The notes beneath the pieces were generated by a model. It saw only the letters and a program-made list of their open reading frames with translations. It searched no databases and was not told the DNA's origin. Positions 53,374 through 63,959 of a DNA stretch of 64,000 nt are shown in pieces. The number at the start of each line of letters is the position of its first letter. The stretch's first letter is position 1. The DNA is from Candidatus Hydrogenedentota bacterium (lineage in GTDB: Bacteria; Hydrogenedentota; Hydrogenedentia; Hydrogenedentales; SLHB01): contig CAVUWV010000013.1 of NCBI GenBank assembly GCA_963745075.1, positions 96,001 through 160,000 of the forward strand, written 5' to 3'. A program made the translations under genes and the position numbers.

Positions 53374-54582
53374 ATGACGGAAAAGCGGCTCACGATCACC
53401 GAGGGCATGCGCAAGATCCTCGATTATCCGAAGTTCGTCGGGCGGACGCGTATGTTGGTACTCGAAACGCAGTACTTTTTCGACCGGAGTTGGATTCGCG
53501 CCGCCGAATCGTTGGGATGGGAGACCGCGACGGTTCCTTCAGTAATGACCGGTGGACTTACCCGCGAGCAAATCGCCGACTTGTTTCAAACCATCGGCTC
53601 GTTCAAACCCCACTTTATTCTCACTTCGAACTATGCGGGGATGGATGAAATGGGGATGTTCGCACGCTTCTTCGAGGATGCTCGGATACCCTACGTGAGC
53701 TGGTTTACGGATACTCCCCGAATGATCCTCTTCGGGCGAACGGTTCATTGTTCGCCCTACAGCGTGGCGGCAACGTGGGAACGGGCGTACATCCCGCATC
53801 TGGAGGCACATGGGTTCCCGCACGTCCTGTACATGCCGCACGCAACCGATCCGTTGCTGTTCCATGGCGAACCCCAGTTACAACACGAACGCGATCTTGC
53901 CTTTGTCGGAGTTTCCATGATCGAACAGGCCAACGAGGCGTGGGAGAAACTGGAGGCGAATATCCCGCTGAAGCAGGCGGTCCGGGACGCATTCGACCAT
54001 GGGCGGGTGACGCGCGAGGCGTTTGCGAACGGCGTGGACTCGATCCTCGATCCCAGTCTGTTGAACGCCGCCGACGAGAGCGATCGCCGCAACGCGGAAC
54101 TCTGTCTGGTATACGAAGCCACCCGTCGTATCCGCACGGATTTGGTCCGCCGACTGGCGCCGCTGGGGGTGGACGTGTTCGGCGACGACGCATGGAACAC
54201 CGTCCATTCGACGTGCTACGGCGACGTTTCATACTTTGACGGCCTCTCGCACCTCTATCGATCCACCGCCATCAATCTGAACGCCACCAGCCTCCAGATG
54301 CGAACCTCCGTAAACCAGCGCGTCTTCGATTGCCCCGCTGCCGGCGGGTTTCTCATCACCGACGCGCAATCCGACTTGGAGGAACTCTTCGACCCGGAAA
54401 CAGAGGTGGTTGTGTACGCTACCCTCGACGAACTCGAAGACAAGGTCCGATACTACGCCGTCCGACCGGAGGAGCGGACTGCCATAATCCGCGCCGCCCA
54501 GCGCCGCGTCGCTGCGCACCATACGCATGCCCACCGGCTATCGCAGGTGGAACGGTATTTGAAAGAGCGCTTTGCGAATTGA
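53374..54582 (+). CDS. CgeB-family glycosyltransferase
   Basis: SWFTD.P, MPHATDP, AINLN.TS.QM..SVNQRVFD.PAAGGFLITD, HT..HR. Confidence 0.85.
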   Translation: MTEKRLTITEGMRKILDYPKFVGRTRMLVLETQYFFDRSWIRAAESLGWETATVPSVMTGGLTREQIADLFQTIGSFKPHFILTSNYAGMDEMGMFARFFEDARIPYVSWFTDTPRMILFGRTVHCSPYSVAATWERAYIPHLEAHGFPHVLYMPHATDPLLFHGEPQLQHERDLAFVGVSMIEQANEAWEKLEANIPLKQAVRDAFDHGRVTREAFANGVDSILDPSLLNAADESDRRNAELCLVYEATRRIRTDLVRRLAPLGVDVFGDDAWNTVHSTCYGDVSYFDGLSHLYRSTAINLNATSLQMRTSVNQRVFDCPAAGGFLITDAQSDLEELFDPETEVVVYATLDELEDKVRYYAVRPEERTAIIRAAQRRVAAHHTHAHRLSQVERYLKERFAN

Positions 54583-54588
54583 TTCCGT

Positions 54589-55689
54589 TCATTCCTCCGG
54601 CATGAAAGGGTCCCAAATGGTCGCGGCGATGTAGCGTTCCTTGGCGGATGCGTCGTTGAAGTACACGCAGGTCACGATCTTTCCGTCGGGACGCTGCGCG
54701 CTTCGGGGGTAGCCGAGATCCCAGCGCGCGCCGTCGTGACGGAGAACGATTTCCGGGCTCCAGGTCTGGCCTTCGTCATCGGACAGCATGGCGCGCAGGC
54801 CGTACGGTGCGTGACGCCAACCGTAGGTGAGCGCGATCCGGCCGTCGGCCAGCCGAATCATGCTCGCGGGATTGCCGTCGTTGTCGATATAGGGCTTGTC
54901 CAGCAGATACCACGTCTTCCCTTCATCCGGCGAAAGGTACGCGTCTAGCCACCAGCGCTTCTGCCCGTCGAATTGCCCGCCATGCCGGATCATGGTGAGA
55001 AAAGCGCCGCTCGTCAGCCGTACGGTTGATGGCATGATGGCATAGCCATAGCTGTTCACCGGCGGCTGTTCTCCAATCCAGCCGACCAATTCCCATGTCA
55101 GGCCGCCGTCCGTCGTGCGGGCGCAATAGGGCCAGCCCTCGCTGCCGTTGTCCTTGGGCGACGTGAGAAACACGAACATGTCGCGTTCGCCATTGACGAT
55201 GTAGTCCGTTCGCGCCAGCACACCCGGTCGCCCGAAATTCGGGAATGTGTAAGGTCCGTTCCAGGTCTTGCAGCGGTCCGTGCTGTAGTAAAAGGCCGCG
55301 CCCTGCGACCGGAACTTGATCGCGAAATTCGGTTCCGCGAAATCGATCGGCTCCTGGAGCTCGGTGGGTTCGGCTTCGTTCTCGTTTTCGTCCAGGAAAG
55401 ACGGCTTCTCAACGGTCCAGGTCTCGCCGCCATCCAACGTACGCGCCTGGCGTTGCGTGGTAGGCGGCTTGATGGGATGGCCGCCCCTCTTGTCGTCGTC
55501 AAACTGCCCGACCACGAAACCGACGACCATTTCGTTGCCCCAGGACCACATGCCGTTATTCGCCGGCCAACCCGCGAACTTGTCGGTCTCTTTGAACACG
55601 ACCACATTCTTCACATCCGGCAACAATTGGGCCGTTGCGGAAAGGCTTATCAGCACTCCCAGGCATAGCGTATTCAGTTGGCGAACCAT
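54589..55689 (-). CDS. Exported sialidase-family/BNR repeat protein
   Basis: Signal peptide; Asp-boxes TLDGGETW, STDRCKTW, TTDGGLTW, SPDEGKTW, SDDEGQTW; DLGYP. Confidence 0.85.
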   Translation of the reverse strand: MVRQLNTLCLGVLISLSATAQLLPDVKNVVVFKETDKFAGWPANNGMWSWGNEMVVGFVVGQFDDDKRGGHPIKPPTTQRQARTLDGGETWTVEKPSFLDENENEAEPTELQEPIDFAEPNFAIKFRSQGAAFYYSTDRCKTWNGPYTFPNFGRPGVLARTDYIVNGERDMFVFLTSPKDNGSEGWPYCARTTDGGLTWELVGWIGEQPPVNSYGYAIMPSTVRLTSGAFLTMIRHGGQFDGQKRWWLDAYLSPDEGKTWYLLDKPYIDNDGNPASMIRLADGRIALTYGWRHAPYGLRAMLSDDEGQTWSPEIVLRHDGARWDLGYPRSAQRPDGKIVTCVYFNDASAKERYIAATIWDPFMPEE

Positions 55690-55711
55690 GGTGTGTCTCC
55701 TGTTGCTCCAG

Positions 55712-57760
55712 TTACTTATCGGATAGTAGCTCTTTCACCAGTTGCTTTGCGTTATATACCTTCGCCAGGGCTTCCACAATCGCGCGCGTATCGACGGCGA
55801 TCGCGCGACCCTTACCCTGGGTGTACGCAATGGTGTGCACCAGGCCGTAGATGTTGCTGTCGAAGATGACCCCGACTACTTCGGCATTCTCGTTCACGAC
55901 CGGACTTCCCGAGTTGCCGCCGGTGATGTCTGCCGTGCAGACGAAATCGTAGGGCGTGGCGCCGTTGAGCTCGCGGCGGGCCTTTATCCAGCGTTGCGGC
56001 AGCGCGTAGTCGGATTCACCTTCGCGCTTGGAGGCCCGCTCATACAGGCCCGTGAACGTCGTATACGGCGGCACGGATCGGCCATCTTCCTCGTAGCCCT
56101 CGATCGTTCCAAACGCGAGCCGGAGCGTAAACGTCGCGTCGGGATAGGTTGACGCTCCGTTTATGGCGACGTGTGCCGCCGCAATGTTTGCATAGGCATC
56201 GGTCAACACGCTTTCGATCTTGTCCTCGTACTTCTTTCGCCAAGCCCGGGCGTCCGGGTCGAGTGCGATTGCCAGTCGAATCATGGGGTCGGTGGACGCA
56301 GCAATCGCTCTGGCCCCGCCTTCGGCCAGTTGCTTGCGTACGGCGATGTCATCGAGTTGGGTTCCGTATACGAGCGATTCGGCCCGCGCCCGGGGCGACA
56401 TTCCTCCGAGGGCCTTTTGCGCGTACGGGTCATCGCCGCCGAAAGTCTCCATCAGATACGACAGGCCACTTTCGAGTTGCTCGATTTCCAGAGCGTCGTA
56501 GACCGGCCGTGGGGAAAATAGGTGCAGGTAGACCGAATCCAGATTCGCGTCTGTATACTCCGGCAAACGTTCCGCGTTCGGTTTTGGCTTCTCATCCGCC
56601 AACCGGACGAGACTTGCGGCGATCCCGTAGAGGTACGAATGGAGGCTAGTCTGATGGCGCACGTAGTACTCGCGGTAGTCTTCGAGCGCAGACGCCACCT
56701 CGTCCCACGCGTCGCCCCAGTCGGCTTGGTACGTTGGATTTGCAGCGACGGCGGCCCTAAGTTTGTCTTCCTCGTCCAACTTTTTGGCCATGAGCTCGGG
56801 ATCCTGAAGACCGCTCAGAATGCCGGTGCCGGCCTTGCGCCCGTTCCGAACACCGAACAGTTGTCCGCGCCCGATACGAGCGAATTCGTCGCTGCGGAGC
56901 GAAAAGGTTTCCAGCTTTACTTCCGTCCGCCAATAGCGCTGCAATCGCAAAGGCCACTCGGCGTCGCGCAAGAATTTGAGATTCGCAACCGTATCCAGAC
57001 GCTGCGTGTGGCCGGGATGGCCGGCTACGAAGACGAGATCGTCGGCTTCCGCACCATTCCGGCTCCACGTAAGGCAGTGCTCGGTCCGGTACGGCTCACC
57101 ATTCTCGTACACGCGCAAGAAACACACATCCAAGGCGTAGCGCGGATACTCGAAGTTGCCATTCTCGCCGCCGTAGAACGCGATGCGTTGTTCCGGCGCC
57201 ATCACCAGCCGCACGTCGGTGAAACGCTTGTATTGGTAGAGGTGATACTGCGCGCCCCCGTAAAGCGTGACGACCTGGCAGTCGAGTCCGGTCGCGGTTT
57301 CGGCGACCTCTTCGATGGTGGCCATCGCTTCGCGGCGAGCGGTATTTGCCTCGGCGACGGATAGGCCCGCTCCCGCGTCCTTGACCCGGTCTGTGACGTC
57401 CTCAACATTCCACAACACGTTGGCTTCCAGGCCGGGGCACTTGAGTTCCTCGTCGTGTCGCTTCGCATAAAACCCCGTTGCGAGCAGATCCTTCGCGTCT
57501 GAGCTGAGCTTCTCGATCATTCCCGAGGCAACATGGTGGTTCGTCAGCGCGAGTCCGTTCGCGGATACGAATGACCCCGAGCCTCCGCTGTTGAACCGAA
57601 TCGCTGATTTCTGCACGTGTTCCAGCCACTGCGCGTCGGGCGCGAAACCATACCGATCTCCGAGGATTTTGGTCGGCGGATTGGTGAAGAGCCACATACC
57701 CTCGTCGGCATGGGAACGTGCGACGAGGACGAGGGCGACGGCGGTTACGAACGACCCCAT
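55712..57760 (-). CDS. S46-family dipeptidyl peptidase
   Basis: ADEGMW, GSGSFVS..GL.LTNHH, YPDATFTLRL, DITGGNSGSPV. Start uncertain (track start 57853). Confidence 0.93.
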   Translation of the reverse strand: MGSFVTAVALVLVARSHADEGMWLFTNPPTKILGDRYGFAPDAQWLEHVQKSAIRFNSGGSGSFVSANGLALTNHHVASGMIEKLSSDAKDLLATGFYAKRHDEELKCPGLEANVLWNVEDVTDRVKDAGAGLSVAEANTARREAMATIEEVAETATGLDCQVVTLYGGAQYHLYQYKRFTDVRLVMAPEQRIAFYGGENGNFEYPRYALDVCFLRVYENGEPYRTEHCLTWSRNGAEADDLVFVAGHPGHTQRLDTVANLKFLRDAEWPLRLQRYWRTEVKLETFSLRSDEFARIGRGQLFGVRNGRKAGTGILSGLQDPELMAKKLDEEDKLRAAVAANPTYQADWGDAWDEVASALEDYREYYVRHQTSLHSYLYGIAASLVRLADEKPKPNAERLPEYTDANLDSVYLHLFSPRPVYDALEIEQLESGLSYLMETFGGDDPYAQKALGGMSPRARAESLVYGTQLDDIAVRKQLAEGGARAIAASTDPMIRLAIALDPDARAWRKKYEDKIESVLTDAYANIAAAHVAINGASTYPDATFTLRLAFGTIEGYEEDGRSVPPYTTFTGLYERASKREGESDYALPQRWIKARRELNGATPYDFVCTADITGGNSGSPVVNENAEVVGVIFDSNIYGLVHTIAYTQGKGRAIAVDTRAIVEALAKVYNAKQLVKELLSDK

Positions 57761-57869
57761 GCGTATCCACCAGGGCTTCAAGATGGATTCCCGAGTTCGC
57801 GGGAATCCATCTTCGTCTTGGATCCGGCGTACATGAGGCCTTTGTAACCGCATTTCCTGTTTGTACAGT

Positions 57870-59078
57870 TCACCCCATTATCTCCTGAATCGTGCGCGCG
57901 ATACTCTTTATGCGATGCGCATAGGTGTGTTCGCCCAGCACGCGCTTGCGCGCCTTCTCGACAATCTCCAGCCGCGCGCCGGGATGTCGCAGGTACCAGC
58001 GGAACTTCTCAATACATTCTTCCTGTGAACGATACGTTGCGATTTCGGATTCCGCGTCGAACAATGCTTCCAGATCGGGTTGCGCGTCGGTCAACAGGAA
58101 GCCTCCGGCCGCCGGACAATCAAACACACGCTGGTTCACCGTGTGCGGCATCTGGATGCTGGTCACGTTGAAATTTACGGCACAGGCGCCGTAGAAGGCG
58201 GGCAATTCCGTGAAATAATCCAGCGGCTCGCCCGCTTTCTGAACGACGGATTTCCACCCTACATCGCCGCGTACGGTCAAGCCCTCCGGCTCGAGCGCGC
58301 GGACATATCCGTGGCGTAGCCGTCGTGTACCTTCGATGAAGCACAGCATCTCGGCGTGACGCCGGGCCTCTGCATCGAGCGTTGCACAGTATGCGGGATC
58401 GAGGATTGACTCCAATCCTTCTCCAAATCGTTCCCGGGTAACCAGTCCCCCGTCAATGGCGTCGGACAGGCGTTCGTAAAGACCCGTGATTCGGCGCACA
58501 GCGGCCCAGCTTCGCGTCGCGAAGTCTTCCATCGAATTCCCCACGAACGTGGGCGGGGCGTCCCAGGTGTCCAGGGGTTCCCGATCGAACAGATTTGGGT
58601 CCGTGGCCAGGGGAAGGGCACGGACAACCGGAAAGCCGCAGAATTCAAGGTAGGGGATGTAGGCCTTGTCCCAGGTCAGCGCGATGGCATTCGACGTGCC
58701 GTACAGGGTCCGGCCCATGACGATCGTACGCGGATCGTCGACGAACCACGTCACGTACGGTATTGCGAGGTCCTCGAAAAGCCGCGCCATCAATCCACCC
58801 AGGTCCATGCCGCTGAGGTTAATGGACAGGATGAAATCCGGCTTGAGGGAAACCAGGGTTTCAAACAGCCGCGCAACTTGCTCTTTGGACAGCACGCCTT
58901 CCATGACCACCGGAACCGGCGCCACTTCCCACCCCATGGATCGCGCGGCGTTCTCGCACGCACTGTCCAGCCAGTACTCGCCACGCAGGACCAGCACGCG
59001 CGGGACTTCGCCGGCCAGTTTGTCATAGGCCATAAGTCTGCGCAGGCGGTCGGAAACGTGAAGTCGGGGTTCGGTCAT
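57870..59078 (-). CDS. CgeB-family glycosyltransferase (paralog of 53374-54582)
   Basis: TWFVDDPR, LPLATDP, VNQRVFDCPAAGGFLLTDAQ, HTYAHR. Confidence 0.85.
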   Translation of the reverse strand: MTEPRLHVSDRLRRLMAYDKLAGEVPRVLVLRGEYWLDSACENAARSMGWEVAPVPVVMEGVLSKEQVARLFETLVSLKPDFILSINLSGMDLGGLMARLFEDLAIPYVTWFVDDPRTIVMGRTLYGTSNAIALTWDKAYIPYLEFCGFPVVRALPLATDPNLFDREPLDTWDAPPTFVGNSMEDFATRSWAAVRRITGLYERLSDAIDGGLVTRERFGEGLESILDPAYCATLDAEARRHAEMLCFIEGTRRLRHGYVRALEPEGLTVRGDVGWKSVVQKAGEPLDYFTELPAFYGACAVNFNVTSIQMPHTVNQRVFDCPAAGGFLLTDAQPDLEALFDAESEIATYRSQEECIEKFRWYLRHPGARLEIVEKARKRVLGEHTYAHRIKSIARTIQEIMG

Positions 59079-59136
59079 AGGAAAGGATGGTAGCAGCCGG
59101 ATAGCGTGGTCTCAACGATTTGCACGGAATGCCGCG

Positions 59137-61380
59137 TTGACTAAGCTCTTGTCCCGTGGTATGTTCACCATTGGTGCAGTAATGGCATTTGCCACGTGGG
59201 GTTTGCTCAGAATCGTGTTCTACAGCCAAACTTTGTCTTTTTTCGCGCTTGCCGGGCTGTTGTGTCCCGTAGTCGCAACGCCGCAGAGTGTGACTCCTCC
59301 CGAAAACACCTGCTTCCAGGTGAGTCCGGGCTACCGCCCCGAACTCGATATCGGCTCCGACATGGCCATCGTGTACGGGACCGGCGGAACCTTCGCGGAC
59401 CGCGCAAACAGTTGGCGGGACCAGGGCTACACCATCAGCCTCATGACCGGCATCGCCTGGGGCGGATATGGGTCGTACTACGGGAGTGGCGATGACTTCA
59501 AGAAAGAAGAGGTGCAGACCCGCAAGGACGGCACGCTCTTCATGCACGGGAACAGCAAGACGGTCGGCTACAACGTGCCGTCGGATTCCTACATCGACTA
59601 TGTCAAATCCTACATCGACCCCGCGCTGGATTACGGGGTGCATGCCGTTTACCTCGAAGAGCCCGAGTACTGGGCGAAGACGGGATGGAGCGAAGCGTTC
59701 AAACGCGAGTGGCAGAAGTTTTACGGCGAACCCTGGCAAGCGCCGGATTCGAGTCCCGACGCGCAATACCGGGCGAGCAAGCTGAAATACGAACTTTATT
59801 TCAAAGCCCTACGCGACGTGTTCGCCTACGTGGACGCCCGTGCGAAGGAGAAGGGCATCACAATCGAATGCAACGTGCCGACCCATAGTCTCGTGAACTA
59901 TGCGCAATGGCGTATCGTGAGTCCCGAGTCTCACCTGATCGACATTCCGCAATTGGACGGATACATCGCGCAGGTGTGGACGGGGACGGCCCGTTCTCAG
60001 AACGAGTACCGAGGCGTTCGGAAGGAGCGGACCTTTGAGACCGCTTACCTCGAGTACGGCCAGATGCTCGCCATGGTGCGGCCGACGGGGCGCAAGGTCT
60101 GGTTCCTCGCGGACCCCGTCGAGGACAATCCCAACTACAGTTGGAACGACTACAAACACAATTACGAGTGCACCATCGTCGCGTCGCTGATGTGGCCGGA
60201 AGTCAGCCGCTACGAAGTGATGCCGTGGCCCGACCGGATCTTCCAGGGCACCTATCCGAAGGTCGACATGGACGCGCAGTCCGGAGACCGCGAAGGGATC
60301 CCGGCGGATTACGCCACCCAGTTACTGACCGTCATCAACGCATTGAACGACATGGACCAGGATGACGTGCGGTATGAGACGGGCACCCGCGGTATCGGCG
60401 TCGTCGTGTCCGACACCATGATGTTTCAACGCGCGGAACCGGACCCGAGCGAAGGGTCGCTGGGCTCGTTCTACGCCCTGGCGCTACCCCTGTTGAAGGT
60501 TGGTGTTCCCGTGGAAATCGCGCAACTCGAAAACACGATCCATCCGGGGAGCCTCGACCGCTACTCGGTCTTGCTGATGACCTACGAGCATCAGAAACCG
60601 CTCAAACCCGAGTACCACGCCGCGATCGACGCGTGGGTGCGCGCCGGGGGATCTCTCATCTTCGTGGATGACGGTTCGGATCCCTACAACCATGTTCGCG
60701 AGTGGTGGAACGACCAGGGCAAGACGGACGCGAAACCCTGCGACGACCTGTTCCAACGCCTTGGCGTAACCGACGCGGCGCGGACGGCCCCGGAGGCGGT
60801 TGGTCAAGGTTTCGTCCGCGTGGTACCGGAACGGCCTCGCGATCTCGAGGAAACCCCGGAAGGCGCGGAAAAGGTTCGCCACTGGGTCGAAGAATCGTTG
60901 CGCGCGACGGGAAAAAAGCTCGATTCCCAGGTATATTTGTGCGTTCAGCGCGGACCCTACCTCGTGGCCTCCGTGCTGGACGAGACCCTCGTGGACGACC
61001 CGGAACTGCGGTTTGACGGGCAGTACATCGATGTCTTTGACCCCATGCTCCCGGTGGTCCGTGAGCGCGTTCTCCACGCGAATGAGCGAACGCTCCTCTA
61101 CGACATCGATTGGGCTCGCAAGAAGAATTTGAAGGCCAAAGTGCTGGTCGCAGCGGCACGCGTTCGTGACGAATCCCTGGAAGGAGGCCGATTCCGGTTC
61201 ACAATGCGAGGACCGACGGGAACGACCGCGCGGGCGCGGGTATTGTTGCCGGGGGAACCGAAACGTGTGACGTTTTCACCGGACCCGGGGTATGAGTATA
61301 CGTGGGATCCCGGCAGTTCGACGTTGTGGTTATCCGGTCCGAACGTAGCGGCGCCCATTCTCGCAGAAATCGAACTTTGA
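59137..61380 (+). CDS. Large hypothetical protein, probable glycoside-hydrolase-like TIM barrel plus GH42-trimerisation-like domain
   Basis: Hydrophobic N-terminus, YLEEPEYW, aromatic-rich barrel, later LLMTYE...WVRAGGSLIFV. Start uncertain. Confidence 0.65.
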   Translation: MTKLLSRGMFTIGAVMAFATWGLLRIVFYSQTLSFFALAGLLCPVVATPQSVTPPENTCFQVSPGYRPELDIGSDMAIVYGTGGTFADRANSWRDQGYTISLMTGIAWGGYGSYYGSGDDFKKEEVQTRKDGTLFMHGNSKTVGYNVPSDSYIDYVKSYIDPALDYGVHAVYLEEPEYWAKTGWSEAFKREWQKFYGEPWQAPDSSPDAQYRASKLKYELYFKALRDVFAYVDARAKEKGITIECNVPTHSLVNYAQWRIVSPESHLIDIPQLDGYIAQVWTGTARSQNEYRGVRKERTFETAYLEYGQMLAMVRPTGRKVWFLADPVEDNPNYSWNDYKHNYECTIVASLMWPEVSRYEVMPWPDRIFQGTYPKVDMDAQSGDREGIPADYATQLLTVINALNDMDQDDVRYETGTRGIGVVVSDTMMFQRAEPDPSEGSLGSFYALALPLLKVGVPVEIAQLENTIHPGSLDRYSVLLMTYEHQKPLKPEYHAAIDAWVRAGGSLIFVDDGSDPYNHVREWWNDQGKTDAKPCDDLFQRLGVTDAARTAPEAVGQGFVRVVPERPRDLEETPEGAEKVRHWVEESLRATGKKLDSQVYLCVQRGPYLVASVLDETLVDDPELRFDGQYIDVFDPMLPVVRERVLHANERTLLYDIDWARKKNLKAKVLVAAARVRDESLEGGRFRFTMRGPTGTTARARVLLPGEPKRVTFSPDPGYEYTWDPGSSTLWLSGPNVAAPILAEIEL

Positions 61381-61466
61381 CAGCCCGTCGGGCGGTCGTC
61401 CATTGTGAATGCACGGGGATTCTGATAGAGTCCCAGCGTCTACCATGCAGGCGGAGAGCAGTAACG

Positions 61467-63959
61467 ATGATTGAAGAGAGATTCCTCCGGCTTATCGCCG
61501 ACGAGGTTGCCGTTCAGGTGCAACAGGTGCAGAAAGCCGTCGAGTTGCTGACCGGAGGCGCCACGATTCCGTTCATCGCGCGGTATCGGAAAGACGTGAC
61601 CGGCGGGCTGAACGAGGAACAACTCGAACGGATCGAAGAACGGAACGAGTATTTCGTATCGCTCACGGCACGTAAGTCCTACGTGATGGAAACCATCGCC
61701 AAGCAGGGCAAACTCACGGAGGACCTGCGCACCGCCATCGAACTATGCGCGGACAAAACGCAGCTCGAGGACTTGTATCTGCCGTACAAGAAGGCTCGTC
61801 GCACCAAGGCGACCGTCGCGCGCGAGAAGGGCCTGGTCCCACTGGCGGACTACCTGTGGGCGCAGGAAGCCAAAGACCAATCCGTGGACGCGTTTGCGGT
61901 GACATTTGTCAAGCCGGAGAAGGCGGTGCACTCGGTCGAAGAGGCCCTCGAAGGCGCTCGGCATATCCTCGCCGAGCGCGTCTCGGTGGATTCCGCCGCA
62001 CGAAATCTGGTGCGCGGGCACATGATGACCACGGGCGCGATCGCGGCGCACCCCACCAAGAACTGCGAAGGCAAACACACCAAATACGAAGCCTACTACG
62101 AATTTCGGGAACCCGTGGACAAGATTCCGTCCCACCGCTTCCTTGCCGTTCATCGGGGCGCGAAGGAAGGGTTTCTTCGGATGGAACTGGCCGTCGATGA
62201 TGCGCACGTGCTCACGGAACTGTTGGCCACTTACTTGAAGGCGGACGACAGCCCGTTCGCGCCGCAAATCAGGCTGGCCGTCGACGATGCATACAACCGG
62301 CTCCTGCGCCCGGCGATCGAGAACGAAGTGCTCGGTGTGGTCCGCGAACGCGCCGACGAGGAGGCCATTCGCGTCTTTCGCGAAAACGCGCAGAACCTGC
62401 TGCTTTCCGCTCCGGCAGGATCGATCAAGGTTATTGGGGTCGATCCCGGAATGCGAACGGGGTGCAAGTTGGCCGTCGTGGATTCGACGGGCGCCTTTTT
62501 GGAAAACGCAACGGTGTTCCCGACGCCGCCACAGAACGACATTGAAAACGCCGAGTTGGTGTTGTTGGCCCTCATGGAAAAGCACGGCGCTAAAGCCGTG
62601 GCCATTGGAAACGGAACCGGCTCGCGCGAGGCCGCCCGCTTCGTCAAACAAACGCTGGGCAAGGTCAGCGCCGACGGCGCGTTTCTGGTCCTTGTCAACG
62701 AGGCCGGAGCGTCGGTGTACTCGGCCTCCAAAATCGCGCGAGAAGAGTTCCCGGAACTGGACGTCACCGTTCGGGGCGCCATTTCCATCGCGCGCCGGTT
62801 GCAGGATCCGCTCGCCGAGCTGGTGAAAATCGAGCCGCGGCACATCGGCGTCGGGCAGTACCAGCACGACGTGAATCAGAAAGCGCTGCGCGAAGGGTTG
62901 CAACGGACGGTCGAGTACTGCGTGAACAGCGTGGGCGTGGACCTCAACACTGCGTCGGCGCCGTTGCTGCGGTACGTCAGTGGAATTCAATCGGACACGG
63001 CGACGAACATCGTCGAGTTCCGGTCGAAGGCCGGCGGTTTCACGAGCCGCGAGCAACTGACGAAAGTCAACGGGGTCGGTCCTCGAGTGTTCGAGCAGTG
63101 CGCGGGGTTTTTGCGCGTATCGAGCGGCGACAATCCGCTTGACGCAACCGGGATTCACCCCGAAGCCTACCCGGTGGTCGAGAAGATTGCAGAATTTCTG
63201 GGCATGGCGATCCCGGACCTGATCCAAAACTCCGACGGACTGACGCGAATGGACCTTTCCGCGTTTGAAACCGACGCGATTGGAACCATTACACTGAACG
63301 ATATTCGGCAGGAGTTGCTCAAGCCGGGCCGCGATCCGCGCACCGAATTCCGCATTCCCAAGTTTTTGGAGGGTGTGGATTCCGTTCAGGATCTCGATGA
63401 AGGCATGGAAATCGAAGGTGTCGTGACGAACGTAACTGATTTCGGCGCGTTTGTCGACGTGGGCGTCCATCAGGACGGTCTGGTTCACTTGTCCGAATTG
63501 GCCAACCGTTTCGTTCGAGACCCGCGAGACATCGTAAAAGTCGGCGAAATCGTCAAAGTGAAAGTCATCAAGGTGGACAAGGATCAGCCCAGGATCTCGT
63601 TGTCGATCAAGGCACTCTTGCCGCCGCCGGAAGCAAGACCCGCACGGCCACGCCGCACTCGCGCGCCGCGACCGGAGCAGGTGGGAGACAAGCCCGCCTC
63701 GACCGAGCAGGCCCCGCGTCAGGACGGGGGCCGCAGCGCACGTCCCCAGGTTCGAGCGTCTGATGGCAAGCCGCAATCGGAGCGGTTTGACAAGAGGCGC
63801 GACCGGGATCGTTCCGATTCCCGCCACGGGGGCAAGCGACCCGGCAAAGGCGGAAAGCGCACGGGCCAGGGACCGCGCAACATGGATGATGGCGCGCTTC
63901 AGAACACTCAGCTGGCGGAACAGTTGGAAGCGCTGAAATCCAAGATGGGATCGTCCTGA
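61467..63959 (+). CDS. tex: Tex RNA-binding transcriptional accessory protein
   Basis: GATIPFIARYRK, LEDLYLPYK, DPGMRTGCK, VNEAGASVYSAS, IGVGQYQHDV, C-terminal S1 domain. Confidence 0.96.
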   Translation: MIEERFLRLIADEVAVQVQQVQKAVELLTGGATIPFIARYRKDVTGGLNEEQLERIEERNEYFVSLTARKSYVMETIAKQGKLTEDLRTAIELCADKTQLEDLYLPYKKARRTKATVAREKGLVPLADYLWAQEAKDQSVDAFAVTFVKPEKAVHSVEEALEGARHILAERVSVDSAARNLVRGHMMTTGAIAAHPTKNCEGKHTKYEAYYEFREPVDKIPSHRFLAVHRGAKEGFLRMELAVDDAHVLTELLATYLKADDSPFAPQIRLAVDDAYNRLLRPAIENEVLGVVRERADEEAIRVFRENAQNLLLSAPAGSIKVIGVDPGMRTGCKLAVVDSTGAFLENATVFPTPPQNDIENAELVLLALMEKHGAKAVAIGNGTGSREAARFVKQTLGKVSADGAFLVLVNEAGASVYSASKIAREEFPELDVTVRGAISIARRLQDPLAELVKIEPRHIGVGQYQHDVNQKALREGLQRTVEYCVNSVGVDLNTASAPLLRYVSGIQSDTATNIVEFRSKAGGFTSREQLTKVNGVGPRVFEQCAGFLRVSSGDNPLDATGIHPEAYPVVEKIAEFLGMAIPDLIQNSDGLTRMDLSAFETDAIGTITLNDIRQELLKPGRDPRTEFRIPKFLEGVDSVQDLDEGMEIEGVVTNVTDFGAFVDVGVHQDGLVHLSELANRFVRDPRDIVKVGEIVKVKVIKVDKDQPRISLSIKALLPPPEARPARPRRTRAPRPEQVGDKPASTEQAPRQDGGRSARPQVRASDGKPQSERFDKRRDRDRSDSRHGGKRPGKGGKRTGQGPRNMDDGALQNTQLAEQLEALKSKMGSS

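Noticed and set aside
61743..63827. Long antisense ORFs (also 48353-50044, 33849-35414, 16675-17718, 9680-10903)
   Set aside because: They are shadow frames opposite better-supported genes, as expected in high-GC DNA.
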